From Octopus bimaculoides (taxonomy: Eukaryota), in contig NC_068983.1 of assembly GCF_001194135.2 (NCBI RefSeq), forward strand, positions 64,794,213 to 64,835,194: 40,982 nt of DNA, written 5' to 3'. Of the stretch, positions 20,960 through 33,955 are shown piece after piece. The first letter of the stretch is position 1; each line of letters opens with the position of its first letter. A program made the position numbers and the translations under genes. The notes under the pieces were generated by a model. It did not search any database, was not told the DNA's origin, and saw nothing but the letters and a program-made list of their open reading frames with translations.

Positions 20960-22400
20960 GCAAAGAACTTGCTCATGCAAGTGCCACTAGTCGAAAGCTC
21001 CGCATACCGGAAGCCGTCAAGTGTAAGGGATCATCAGGAGAGAATGCGTGCCCTCTCGGGGGTCTACCTCGCGACGGCCTCATTGCGCACCCCCCTCCCC
21101 TCACTGATATAGATCCCCACTTGCTTGAACAACTGGTTATCGAATAAAGTTCAATATTGTTCTAGCCAACGCTCATCGTCTCTTTTTAATCAAATCCAGT
21201 GGCTAACCTTTTCAACTGTAGTTTGGTTATCAGTCATGGTGGTATTTACTTTACGATGAGTTACACGTAACGATAACAACAATCACCTCACACTGTGTCC
21301 AACAAATCCTCTGCATCCGACTTCGATTGGAAAATGCTCTACATTCCAGCCTGCGTCTTCAGATTGCTAGAGAAGGTTTACATAACGGGCAATTTTTCGA
21401 GCCTGGGCGGCGTCCATGTTATCTTCATGAGGAACAGTCAACTCTAGTAGGTTCACCAGTTTCTTTCTTTCATACCACATTAAGACATCCAGTGTTTTCG
21501 TAACTGGGATGGGAAAGAGTTCCTGGCACCCCGGTAAATCTGCAGCCATTTTGCAATAGCCGTTTCTTCTTCTTCTTGAAACGGATCTGCTGTACTGAGC
21601 GCACGAAGGTAATGAAATCTCTAGTTAGTGATTTCAAAAGTTTTTTTCTAGTGTTGATGAGATCAGTTTGGTTCTTTATAGCGTTGATGATATCCTTAAG
21701 GACCAAGTTATGTTTAATGCTTTTGAACAGCTGGAAACAATATGTTTCAGTGTTCCGACCTTTCCGCATTTGCATATATCATTCTCTGAGATGTTCCATT
21801 TTACTAGAATTGTAGGTGATGGCAAACATCAGAGGATGAGTGAATTAGAAAAAACTTAGCCGAGATGTGGTCCATCTTCATATCACATTTGGGCTTATTT
21901 TTCTCTCAACAACATGTTCCTCCTATCTCGTCATCTGTCCTTTTTGATTGCATTGGATCAAATGAAGCTCTCTTCGCTCTGCTTCGGGACAATACTTACT
22001 AATACTTTGCATCTCCGCTACACATTTATACATTACGTTTGACTGTATGCAGTATGCACCCAAGGAGCATTCTGCAGGAGTTCTGCTTTATCATCTCGGA
22101 GGATGGGAGGATGGTATTTGAATCGCTAATGTTAGTACAGCACAGAAGGAAATGAAGGTGGTTAGTACATTGCTGCAAGACATGTCCGTTTATGCTACTA
22201 GCGTTTGTGTTCCCAGTATGCCTCATAAACTGGTAGATATTTCCACTATAGTGGACCACACAGGAGAAAATATTACAGCATGTGCTGATTGTACTTGGAT
22301 TTCACTTTTGAGTGTCGCTGAATTCGCGCGCTCCATTTCCACAGTTAAAGCCAACATAATATTAAAAACTTTCCATTATTACCAGCTGTCCACAATCTGG
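20960..22400 (-). mobile_element. Hero-like RLE non-LTR retrotransposon, 3' portion (degraded)
   Basis: Minus strand in order: QKGQMTR*E..VERKIS...RLSFFLI, CKCGKVGTLKHIVSSCSKAL (CCHC knuckle), HNLVL, ADLPG..FP, LLELTVPHEDNMDAAQARKIARY (RLE; cf. LIELTVPWE...ERK..KY), EKVSHWI*LKRDD, then a GC-richer 3' UTR. Confidence 0.82.
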
Positions 22401-23142
22401 CAACGGAGAGTATGGTTGCTTAAAACAACGTGATTTCAATTATATGGAAATCTCGATAGTGCCTACGTGCAGGAGAAAATTTCTATCGAGAATCCGTAAG
22501 TACATTTTAGAGATGTTTTTCTTAACACTACAAGATATGAGTGTGTCGAACCCTATTATTTAACCTTGTCTCTACCACTCTACCATGCTCTGGGTGGGTA
22601 GTTATGTTTCTTGAATTTGTTCTGGAGTGATCAAGTTGTAAATTCAAAACGAGCTTTTTTTTTTTTTTTCAGAGTCACATTCACACTTCACGGTATACTC
22701 TTCCCCAACAGAGTTGCTGTTAGACTCAGGTGAGTGTTGGTTTCTCCGGGGTAGCTCAAGTCATACAGTAAATATATTCCACATGTACGTGTGTGCGTGT
22801 GCACACGTACACACACACACATACACACACACACACATATATAAACTCACGTACGCACTCACACACATACACATATGTATATACTTTCCTAATCCATACA
22901 CTAATATCTAAGAGTTATCTAAGAGTTATCTAACCCTAATTACATTGCCTATGAAGAAAACCAAACATTACCAATGTAAGTGATCCACATAATGTATGAA
23001 TCCACAAACACTTTCCACTTAAAAATAGTGAAGAACAACTCAGAATAAACAAATAGTGATATCTTATAGCTACGAAATAGTACTTATAACAAAGAGCTTA
23101 TTCTTAAAAGGACATTCAGACAATACAACAGACACACACATT

Positions 23143-23188
<46 letters not shown>

Positions 23189-23195
23189 CACATAA

Positions 23196-23226
<31 letters not shown>

Positions 23227-24303
23227 TATGCTTACATGGAGAATATTTAAGGTAAACAAGTAGGACTAAAAGTTCTCGACATTAAGATTAGAGTATCAAA
23301 ATATATAATGGCGTATAAGCTGGAAGCTCGAATTTCGTTCCTTTCAGTTTCATGTCTCCAACTGAGTAGCTATACGTGAAAACTGACATTGTTAACTGCT
23401 AAAAGAAATATTAGAGCACGAAAACTAAATAAAATCCGGATCATATTATTTTCTGCGCGTGTAAACTTAAGTATAGATATACAAAAAATATATAATATCT
23501 TTAGTATGAAAAGGTAGTTAAAAAAATAAATGATAAATAAATAATGTTATTTCATCGTATGAAATGACGGCATCTTAATCTTTAACAAAATATCATTCAC
23601 GCCAGTCACTACTATGCCAAAAGTAGTTACACAGAACGAAAAGAAGAAAGGAGAAAACTGCAATGTGATGTATTCAAAATTTGACTCTAGAAGACGTTGA
23701 ACATTACAGTTTTCATATTTTAAGTCATAGAAGATTATCAAAAAGCTTGCAAGACAGCAAATAGAGAATAATAAAATTATAAACACAAAAAATTAAATTG
23801 AAAAACATCAAGAAATGTACCGAAAGTATCGAATTAATGTAAACATGTACTTGGAACGTTTCTCGAATTCATGAAATGATCCTTGTTCTAAACAAATTTG
23901 TTGATTTGCCTTATTTCTACCATCGGTTTGTAAACAGGTGCAAAATTAAGGATGATCATTTTTTAGAAAAAGGTGTATGTGTGTGTGTGTGTGGGTGTGT
24001 GTGTGAGTGAGTGAGTGTGTGAGTGTGTGCGTATATGCATGCGTGTGCATATTTAGGGCAAATATTTGTGCTCTGTCGTTGTTTCTGTACGTAGCCCCAA
24101 ATATAGGAGTCGATGTCTTATCAGGCAGCAGAGCAACCATGCATGTAATCCGCCCCCTTCTGCATGACAACAATGGTGTCCGGAGCCACGCACGAATGTA
24201 GAAGACAAAACACCCACCCAACGGCTCAAGATTCATTGAGTAACATGTTGTGACTTTCAGACAGCTATTTCTATCATCATTAATCTTCGATTTTGATACA
24301 CCG

Positions 24304-24412
<109 letters not shown>

Positions 24413-24880
24413 GAGTGGGATTTAGTGCATTACGTTTTCAGTTGATCTGACAGATTTCTGGCACCAACATTTCTTCGCAGCTAGTTTCAGAATCCAGAGA
24501 ATTTCTAAGATTTCAATTCTTATGTATAAGAGTCTCATCGAACTTGAAGTGCCAAGGGCACCCACGGTTTACATCCGGTTCCGATCATACATCAACAGAG
24601 CATTTACATCAGACGAAAATACGATAAACACTTCAATAAAACTTCTCATGGATGAAGAATAGACAACCATGTAAAAGCAAGGAAAACGAAAAATGGAGAT
24701 AGCCGGATATGATCGATGGGATATATATAAGGGACCACACTAACGGCCGAATTTAGCATAGACAATAAAGTGAACATATATGGAAATACACATATACACC
24801 CGGATGATCAATCGGTAGTTCAACTACCACCAAAAGTTCGCCGTATACAGAAAGTAAATATAATACGTTCCCTCTCTGAA

Positions 24881-25954
24881 ATGAACAGCAGCAGTAGCAA
24901 TAGTAGAGAAGATGTAGGTAAGGGGACGGTTAATATACCGAAGGTTGATACCACTAAGAACAACAACAATAATGGTAACAACAACAACAACAACAGCAGC
25001 AGCAACAGCAACAAATATAACGAAAGTGATGGTAACCAGAGAAATGATAGGAAAGAAAGTATTATAAGTATAAATAACACTAACCCATTTCACACCATAT
25101 TTTCCGATCTATGATAAAATAAGAACTAATAAACGAATGAAGAAAGAATATATACTGCGTGTATTTATTTGGCACAGAAAGAAAATGACTATTCCGGACT
25201 ACAACAATATATATATATGTATATATATATGCAACTCTAAATCTGTATATATACATGCATTAAAAAAATCTATTGTTATGAATATGTTTATAGATAAATA
25301 TTTACATAAAGAAACGGACAAACAGACAAAAAGACAGACAGAAAATATATAGATAGAAATATAGATAGATATATAGATAGAAAGATAATTACAAATATAC
25401 ATATGTTCATATATGCATACATACTTACATGTACACTTACTTAGTCGAATTTGAACCGACTCACGTAATTCGAAAAGGTTAAAGGTAAAATGATATCGAA
25501 GAGAAAGAAATACCTAGAAAAATGTACTGCACTAATTCATCATAAAAAAGTGTTATTGAAAAAACACGCGATTATGTTAAATCAGAGTATGGGAATTAAA
25601 AGTACATGCAATATTAAACTACCGAACTAATTTGATGACCTATTTCAAGCAAACTAGAATTTATGCGGAGATTGTAACGTAAATGTTTACATCGGTTTTA
25701 CAATAACGATAGAGATCATGTATGCCGACAAGATAAGAAATTTTAAAGTTTTTGCAAAATTATTAAATGGGATTAGATGCTTATGCCTTGCACATTTATA
25801 ATATATTTTACGTAAGCTATTTCGTTGAAGAATAATTGATTTCGTTGAAGAATAATTGATGAACAGCAGCAGCAGCAATCGTAGAGAAGATGTAGATGGG
25901 GGGACGGTTAACATACCGAAGGTTGAAACCACTAAGAACAACGACAATAATGGT
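24881..25954 (+). repeat. 96-bp dispersed direct repeat pair (24881-24976 and 25859-25954)
   Basis: Ungapped alignment with 8 mismatches in 96 nt by manual count. Confidence 0.9.
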
Positions 25955-26149
25955 TTATGTGCATTACCTAAAAGATTTTCCTGCTAAATTGACTTGGCTC
26001 TCTCCCATCAAATTGAACATTAACATGTAATGATTGAAATATTTCCTCCATACGTTAATATTTAAGAGAATAATGCATTATAATATCTATCTCTATAAGT
26101 GGTAGAGAATGTCCTAGTTATGTAATATGACGTTACTCTTTACTTTTTA

Positions 26150-26358
26150 CTTGTTTCAGTCATTTGACTGCGGCCATGATGGAGCACTGCCTTTAGTCGA
26201 GCAAATTGCCCCCAGGACTTATTCTTTGTAAGCCTAGTACTTATTCTATCGGTCTCTTTTACCGAACCGCTACGTTTTGGGGAAGTAAACACACCAGCAT
26301 CGGTTGTCAAGTAATGTTGAGGGGACAAACACAGACACACAAACACACACGCACGCAG

Positions 26359-26416
<58 letters not shown>

Positions 26417-26418
26417 GC
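26150..26418 (-). mobile_element. SINE family A, 3' half (head lost in the N gap 26419-26814)
   Basis: TTTCAGTCATTTGACTGCGGCCATGATGGAGCACTGCC...GGGACAAACACAGACACAC, followed by (CA)(TA)n; homologous to 35050-35245. Confidence 0.85.
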
Positions 26419-26914
26419 NNNNNNNNNNNNNNNNNNNNNNNNNNNNNNNNNNNNNNNNNNNNNNNNNNNNNNNNNNNNNNNNNNNNNNNNNNNNNNNNNN
26501 NNNNNNNNNNNNNNNNNNNNNNNNNNNNNNNNNNNNNNNNNNNNNNNNNNNNNNNNNNNNNNNNNNNNNNNNNNNNNNNNNNNNNNNNNNNNNNNNNNNN
26601 NNNNNNNNNNNNNNNNNNNNNNNNNNNNNNNNNNNNNNNNNNNNNNNNNNNNNNNNNNNNNNNNNNNNNNNNNNNNNNNNNNNNNNNNNNNNNNNNNNNN
26701 NNNNNNNNNNNNNNNNNNNNNNNNNNNNNNNNNNNNNNNNNNNNNNNNNNNNNNNNNNNNNNNNNNNNNNNNNNNNNNNNNNNNNNNNNNNNNNNNNNNN
26801 NNNNNNNNNNNNNNACACACACACACGCACACACAAACACACAAGATCGCCACAAATAATTGACTCAGAAAGGCCATCATTGCAGCAAAGCCGACCATTA
26901 TATAAGTTATTTTC

Positions 26915-29120
26915 ATAACTATTAGATGCTTCGAATGAAACAACAGCAAGATCAAAGTAGCGTACCTGAGGGACCTTTGTGCATGCAATCAAGTAATATG
27001 CATTGCACTGACGGAGATACCACTATCTGCAGCCAGAAATGATGCAGAGACACACACACCAATCTATACTGTATTCTATGTAGACAGAAGAGAAAGTAGC
27101 AACAGTGGGGTTGCGCAGTACATCCGTGATGTCTGTCTCACCAATTATCCTTCCGTCAAATTAAAAAGAGATCTGTGACAAACTCAAAGTGGATTTAAAG
27201 CAACATGATCTTGTAATATGCAAGTCATATCGCCCATCCGGTTTATTAAATCACGATAGTTAAACTACTTACTAAAAAACTAGATGAATGCGTTAATGTA
27301 ATTCTGATGGGTTACTTCAAAATCCTCAACATGAGATGGCAATAAGGTGACATAATTTCTAGAATGACACACAAAGAACGACGCAGTTAAGCAGAATCTC
27401 TACTTAAATAAACACAGACCTTCCAATGGAAAGAAAAGGGTAGAAAGAGAATCCAGTGGCCTAGTCTTGGTTCACTACAAGATAAGCCCCACTGTGTCTA
27501 GAAGATAACTCACTAACTGTACACCCCAGGAGGAGAAGTGAATTGCTAAATAAATAATTCCAAAGTGTCTCCACTTCTACACTGGGAACATGGAAATAAT
27601 CAAGCCTAGTGAGTTTTTCAACACCGCAGATTTACATAGGAAAGAGACAACCATCGATTACATCGACATAAAACAGGGAGATGTAATATTAGCCATTGAT
27701 AAGATGAACTGGCACTCAGCAACTGGACCAGATGGATTTCCAGTTCCTTTAAGATATTCAAGAAAGGACTAGCAAATTCACTGCAGATACTTTTCCAGAG
27801 TTTCCGCGAATCTCGTAAACTTGACAAATTGTTGAGAAAAGGTATACCATAACCTGTCCACAAAAGAGGAAACATAGATGCTAAAAATTATAGATCTATA
27901 TCTTTCACTTCACATGATGGCAGGGTCATTGAACGCATTGTCAGAAAGACGAAGATCATGTACTTGGGAAGATGTTAATTCCTCACAAATACAGAACATG
28001 GCTTTCGTCCATGGAAAAGCTGCCTGACACATCCCCCACAGCATTATGACTGGATAGTGAAACAGTAGCTCAACTAGGCAAATGATGAAGTGATATAATT
28101 CGACTTTGCCAAATGTTTTGACGAAGTCAATCATGTGACGATGTGTCACTAATGCGTGACCTCGTTATCGCTGGAAAACGGAAAGAGTGGCTGCATAACG
28201 TTTTAAAAGATAGAAGTCAGAAATTGCAACCAATGGTTCTCCTCCATGGGAGGCATCAATTCGTAACGGAATCCCCAAATAAACTGTATTGAGATTGCTA
28301 TTATTTATGGTGGCTCTCTCAGACATACCCTCATACATATAGCCAGTCAATCTCACCAGCCCAGCTATGTGGCTGATAGAAAGTATTACAGGCGATGAAA
28401 GTCCCTGATGACAAACTAAAACTGCAAAAAAAAAACAGAACATTGAAGACGCCGTTCAATGCTGAGAAGTCGCAAACACTCGACTATTGACCCACAAAGA
28501 GGGTACATTCGGAATGCACAGGACCAGGTGATAGTGCAATCACAGTGGCAGAGTTGATGCAGGAACTGGAAATTCACATGAGTAATTATGCAGTATTCCA
28601 TGTGAGTATTACCAAGATGGCACCATTGTGCACAAGGGCAGCTGGATGGATCCTGAAATAATTGAGAACCAGGAAAAAGAATACCATGCTACTCTTATGA
28701 AGAACATTCGCTCTCAGTCGTGATCACCGCACAGCGTCAAACTGGTGGCGTCAAACTTGGGCCAATCCACTACATAAATAAGATGCAATCGGTGAAACCG
28801 ATGAGCTACTGGGAGATGCTAAAGAAACTGAAGATCTAATCCTCTTAGAGAACGTGTGAAAGATATTCAGTCACATACATATGGAATATCCTGATGGTCT
28901 AGCTCACAACATTGAAATTAAAAGCTATGACACTCGCTGAAGTAGATGGCACGGCATATTGCCAAAGAATCCGTCTTTTGCGTCAAGAATAAGGATCCAG
29001 TATTGAATCAGTTTGTCTGCCAAACAACTTAAGAGATCTGCAAGGCGTAGATGTGGATGTTTTCAAAGAACGTCTCCGAATCTTTTGTCTGAGATATCAG
29101 ATAGACCAACATCGCGGCAG
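26915..29120 (+). mobile_element. CR1-group LINE ORF2 relic with APE endonuclease and RT (copy 2)
   Basis: APE: KVAYLRDL...ICIALTE, VDRR...GVAQYI, VICKSYRP, VILMGYF. RT: SATGPDGFP, PVHKRG..NYRSIS, EHGFRPWKSCLT, FDFAKCFDEVNH, SYVAD. Same family as 2635-3855; many frameshifts. Confidence 0.85.
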
Positions 29121-29369
29121 GATATTATATAATTACTTCTAACTTACAATCATTAAATTGTAGAAACAATTTTCCATTGCAATGGTCTCATAATATAGAA
29201 AAAATAGCATTTAAATATTTCAATATTAAATAATTCATTATATATAATAGCTGTTCCTATAATCTAATAATCATATTGTTATATTTTGAGATGGTCATTT
29301 TATTTGTTTATTTGTTTTTGCCAAATAAATACACGCACAATGTACCCATTCTTCACTTGTTTATTACTG

Positions 29370-30216
29370 TTCTTATTCTAAACTCGTGTCTGTTGTCCGG
29401 AAATTTTTCGTCAGACATCTGTGACATATTCAGCGATACTTTCCGTCCTCGTGTGGGCTCTTGCTCCTATTAGTCCATTCTGATCTTTTGTGATGTGTAT
29501 CTTTATATTCATGTGCTCTGTATTTGTATGTGTGTGAACATGTGTGTGCGTGCGTGCCTGTGAGCACGCAAGTCTATGTGTTTCAATGGTGTGCTTATAT
29601 CTATATATAGGCTTATGTCTTGTATTCTGTTGTCATCGTTATCGTCATTGTTGTTAGTAGCTCTAGGTTAACAACAAAATGACAGTATAAAGGGCTCAGA
29701 TACAAACAGCATAATAAGCCAACCCATATGTACACACAAACTCACATACAGTAACTTCACACACGGCTACAACATCAACAACGCGACCTACAACAATGAC
29801 AACAACAACATCAGTAACAACAACTACCCCGATGACATTAGCGTGGGCGAACACAAAAACAGAGAGATACAGGAACGGTGAGAAGAGTCGGGATTAAGGG
29901 CAGCACCGGTGACAACGGGGATGGGTTACGGGGAGAAGTAGAAAAACCAACGGCGATAAGGATGACAACAATATGAAGGGCATAAACTCGTGTATACACA
30001 TAAGCTCACATGCGATACACATAGACATGAGTACGCACGCGCACGCACGCACACGCACACACATACACACAAATAAATATGCAAACACATGCTCATATAA
30101 GGGTACATATCATAGAAGAACAGAATGGTCTAAACCGAGAAGAAAGTGTCACTGAAGAAGTCACAGATGTGTGACGAAAAGAAAACATGACCATTCCGAA
30201 ATACAAGTTCGTCTGT
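29370..30216. repeat. Inverted pair of hammerhead-like repeat relics (29370-29482 minus; 30121-30216 plus)
   Basis: Both arms share CAGAATGG(A/T)CTAA...GAAAGT(A/G)TC(G/A)CTGAA...GTCACAGATGT(C/G)TGACGAAAA. CTGACGA core on the minus arm; GAAA on the plus arm. Confidence 0.6.
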
Positions 30217-30514
30217 TTCAACTCACGGTTTCACCACATCAGGAATCTTGCAACATAAATTCATAAACGTAACGAATAATCATAAGTTTTCTAAAATTCC
30301 TTTTAGCATAATTAGTTTATAGATAACTAAGTGTCGTTACGTAAAATTTCAGGCATACTTGTTTTAATATATTTCGTTATTATTAACTACTGATGTCATC
30401 AAACGCTAAATACTAAACTGACTTTCCTTTGAATAACATATTTCTCCTTAACGTTCTTGCGTGTGTGTGTGTGAGTGTGTGTGTATGAATATATTTTGGA
30501 GCCTCTGTGTAAGC

Positions 30515-30605
30515 ACACATGCTTCACAACTGCTGATGGCTTCTTTACCTCCTCGTAGCGGCTCGGCAAAATAGCTCAATAGAAGAAGTACCTGGTTTAC
30601 AATAT
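30515..30605 (+). mobile_element. SINE family A tail fragment, diverged
   Basis: GCTTCACAACTGCTGATGGC...TAGCGGCTCGGCAAAA..AATAGAAGAAGTAC matches the family A tail in sense orientation. Confidence 0.55.
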
Positions 30606-32789
30606 ATGTATTGTAGACGCTGTCCTAACATGGGCGCAGTTCAATGAATGAAATATGTAAAAGTTGAAAGACTAGGAATAAAATTTTAAGCATATCTGTG
30701 TATATAATCGTGTGTGTGTATGTCTGTGTGTGTGTGTGCGTGTCAATGCTGTGATTATATTGGCAGCATATTTATGCACTTCCACTTGTATTTCTGGCTG
30801 TTAATATATTAAAGCTTTATTTGTAATAAAACTTCATTGAGTATAATTTTACTGATAATTAAAATGAAAATTAACTTATGAAAGATATTTCTATTCAACA
30901 TTGTCATACAAAGCGGGGAAGCATTTTTATTTTAGACCGGTACTTGGTTTGTGCGTATTTTGTATTTGTTACATTAAATCTTGCTTCAAAATAGCTTTCG
31001 TTTGTGAAACAATGTTTGTTAAACAGTTTTCAGTTTAACTTAATTTCGATTAGTAGAAATAGATTATGATAGTCACCCACACCCTACATAAATACGGTAG
31101 TCAAACATATCTGCTTCAACCGAAGCACTGATTTACATAAACCTAGATAAGAGAAGGTAATTTTCCAATGGACTGGATTAATCTCACATGTCAACAGATC
31201 AGAAATGCAATTCATAACACTGTAAGACGAACAGCGCAGATTAAATGCTTCATTTCATTTTTGTTTCAGCTATTCTGACTAATTAACTTACAGATGATTG
31301 CTGTTCACGAAGAAGTCGCTGAAGAGCAATTTGCAAGAGAGGATATGCATTATAATTAAGGCAACCTTAACTCTCGTCAATGCATGTGTCACAAACGATA
31401 TGATATACGGTGCTGAATAAAACAGGCTGTATTCTTTTCACGGATTTCTTCCACTTGAATGGCACAAACATGTAAAGTCATGTCTCATTCCTTTATCAAT
31501 GAGGTGTCCAAACAGTTTCGAAAAGTTGCAGCGAAAATTTATCTGACGTTGTAATCCAAACATTGAATATTCAAATGTATGTATGTTTTCACTTGTTCCT
31601 TCCAGACTGAAAGGAAACAAAATGAACTGTCACTGTTTAGATGCATAGATTATGAGGAGAATATATATATTTTTTTACTTTCCGCTGTGTTGGACCAATT
31701 AACAACATAACAATTATTGCTTTTGTATAAAAGATTTAACTGAAGGAGATTATTTTGTGAAGGTGCGAATTTAATTAAAAGATCGTCTATTTTAGTTACC
31801 AGTTATATCTTCCCTTTGGTAGATAATCAATCTTAGTTTTTAATTCATTGTTTGCAATTATCATTGTCTTGACGTCATATTCTCATCAATGTTTGTCACA
31901 ACAGCATGTTTTGTAGATCAGAATTAAATTCTGAAAAACAAAAGAAATGAAGCATATTTACATTACAAACTTCCATACAAACTTTTGCAGAACAATAGAT
32001 TTGCAAATCCGAACTTAATGCCGTAGTATTTTTGCATTTATATTGTTTCTTTTAACTTGTTGATGTTTCAACGTCTGAAGTGTTACCATTCCTTCACGAC
32101 TGACAGGAAGAATAAAAATCAAACACTCCAAAAAGTAAAAGACATATTTATATTTGTGGCTTTGCGATAACGTCGAAGTTTCCATTAATGTATGGTACTG
32201 TTGGTTATTTTTCATTTTATACATCACTTATAAACATTACTTCCATCTGTCAAATTTCATTTCAGCCAAAATATATATTAAAAAAGAATTAACTGATGTT
32301 AAATTTTAAAAGTCTAAAAATATACGAACTGATAAACGCATGTAAATACATCATCTGTTACTTGATAAATGATTGTAGAAATAGACTTCACCAAATATTG
32401 ATAATAGATAGACTAAAGCGTAATATATTTCCATTAAACATATTACAACTGTTTGTGAATTTGTCTAACAGAAAAAATCATCTATTTTACTTTAGATATT
32501 CTAGAGATAAATAGTTTTATTCAAATAACTCATACGTGAAAATATGTAAGATATTCGAAGATGTGGGTGTAAATATTGATTGCTGTCTCCAAAGTTATTA
32601 CTAGGAAATATAGATATATAATGCAGTTAGGAAAATTAAAGTTCTATTCTAAGGGATGAGTATATTTGCAAACTGTTCTAACTTCAAAAATTCAGATATA
32701 CCTACTTATCTCCTTCTTGAAAATTGTTACTTCTTTCTTCCATTTAATCCGATATTCTGATCAGTGAAGAAGAAATATGTATATGCAGG

Positions 32790-32838
32790 CGTGTGTATGT
32801 ATGTGTGTGTGTGGGTGAGTGTGTGTGTGTGTGTGTGG

Positions 32839-32877
<39 letters not shown>

Positions 32878-32885
32878 TGTGTGTC
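32790..32885. repeat. (TG)n microsatellite
   Basis: Direct run. Confidence 0.95.
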
Positions 32886-33054
32886 TGAGTTCTTTCAACC
32901 ACCCACTGAAATAATGTTGTAATTAACAGACAAATTATCGTGATACAGTATGTGAAAAGACTGTACTGTTTGAATTAAATATACAATTCAGTAAATGTAT
33001 GTCTGTGCAGCTTCCGCCTACAGAATTTTACGGAAAAATCTGGGTTAACTAAGC

Positions 33055-33165
33055 TGGCGAGCTTTGCAATCTGAGGTTGACTTTGCCTTTTTTCTCTTGA
33101 TGTCGAAAAAATAAGTACCAGTTGATTATTAGCATTGATGCAATCGTTTTGCATCCCCTAGCTTG
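33055..33165 (+). mobile_element. SINE family C fragment
   Basis: CTGAGGTTGACTTTGCCTTT...AAAATAAGTACCAGTTG...GATGCAATCG, homologous to 38928-39125. Confidence 0.6.
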
Positions 33166-33183
33166 CAGACGTTGACAAAATAT

Positions 33184-33914
33184 GAAACCAATATACGGTG
33201 TACCCGAGGATATGGAATCTAACAGCGGACATTATATTTGTCAAGCAAACGTCTTAACCATTCAGCCAAACATTGATATGTGTACACACACATATTGACT
33301 TTCTTATCTGGTTTGCAGGATTCTCGAGAAGTTTATGTCAATAACATATGAAACACGCGTACTGGTTCAAACTTACTACTTTATTATTCACCAAATGGTT
33401 TGTTATTTATCCAATGAACTAATGCAGTGTTTGATTAAGGAAAATAAGTGTCATCTCTGTTGTGATTTAGATAGAAATAAAAGTGCCTCAGATGTTCCAT
33501 TTAGCAACTAGAGATGTCAGAAACATCTTCCTCTAAACCTAACCATTTTTCTTTTCAATAACAAGCGTATATTAAAGAAAAAATGTAGTTCCAGGAACAC
33601 TCTCCTTCATTAGAAGACACGTGAATATTATGCCTTCAGATGTAAGACCTCTTCGTCGGTGCTGAAATAATAAAACATTATCATAATGCATCCAAATATA
33701 ATTTAATGTAGCTTTTCTGCTATATGCAAAAGGTCTGGGACTTATTTTATCGACCTCGAAATGTTGAAAGGCAAAGTCGAGCTCGGCAAAATTTGAACTC
33801 AGAAAGAAACCAATATATGGTGTACCCGAGGACATGGAATCTAACAGCGGACATTATACTTGTCAAGCAAACGTCTTAACCATTCAGCCAAACATTGATA
33901 TGTGTACACACGCA

Positions 33915-33955
<41 letters not shown>

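Noticed and set aside
21020-21060. CTGATGA in the Hero-like 3' UTR as a ribozyme
   Set aside because: No GAAA core or compatible stems could be drawn.
21576-22433. Plus-strand ORFs resembling an XPG-like/Academ transposase
   Set aside because: Better explained as antisense frames of the Hero-like LINE, whose motifs are collinear on the minus strand.
22908-22932. Short tandem duplications (11 bp here; 12 bp near 38790; ~33 bp imperfect near 40497-40555)
   Set aside because: Ordinary two-copy slippage events with no further structure.
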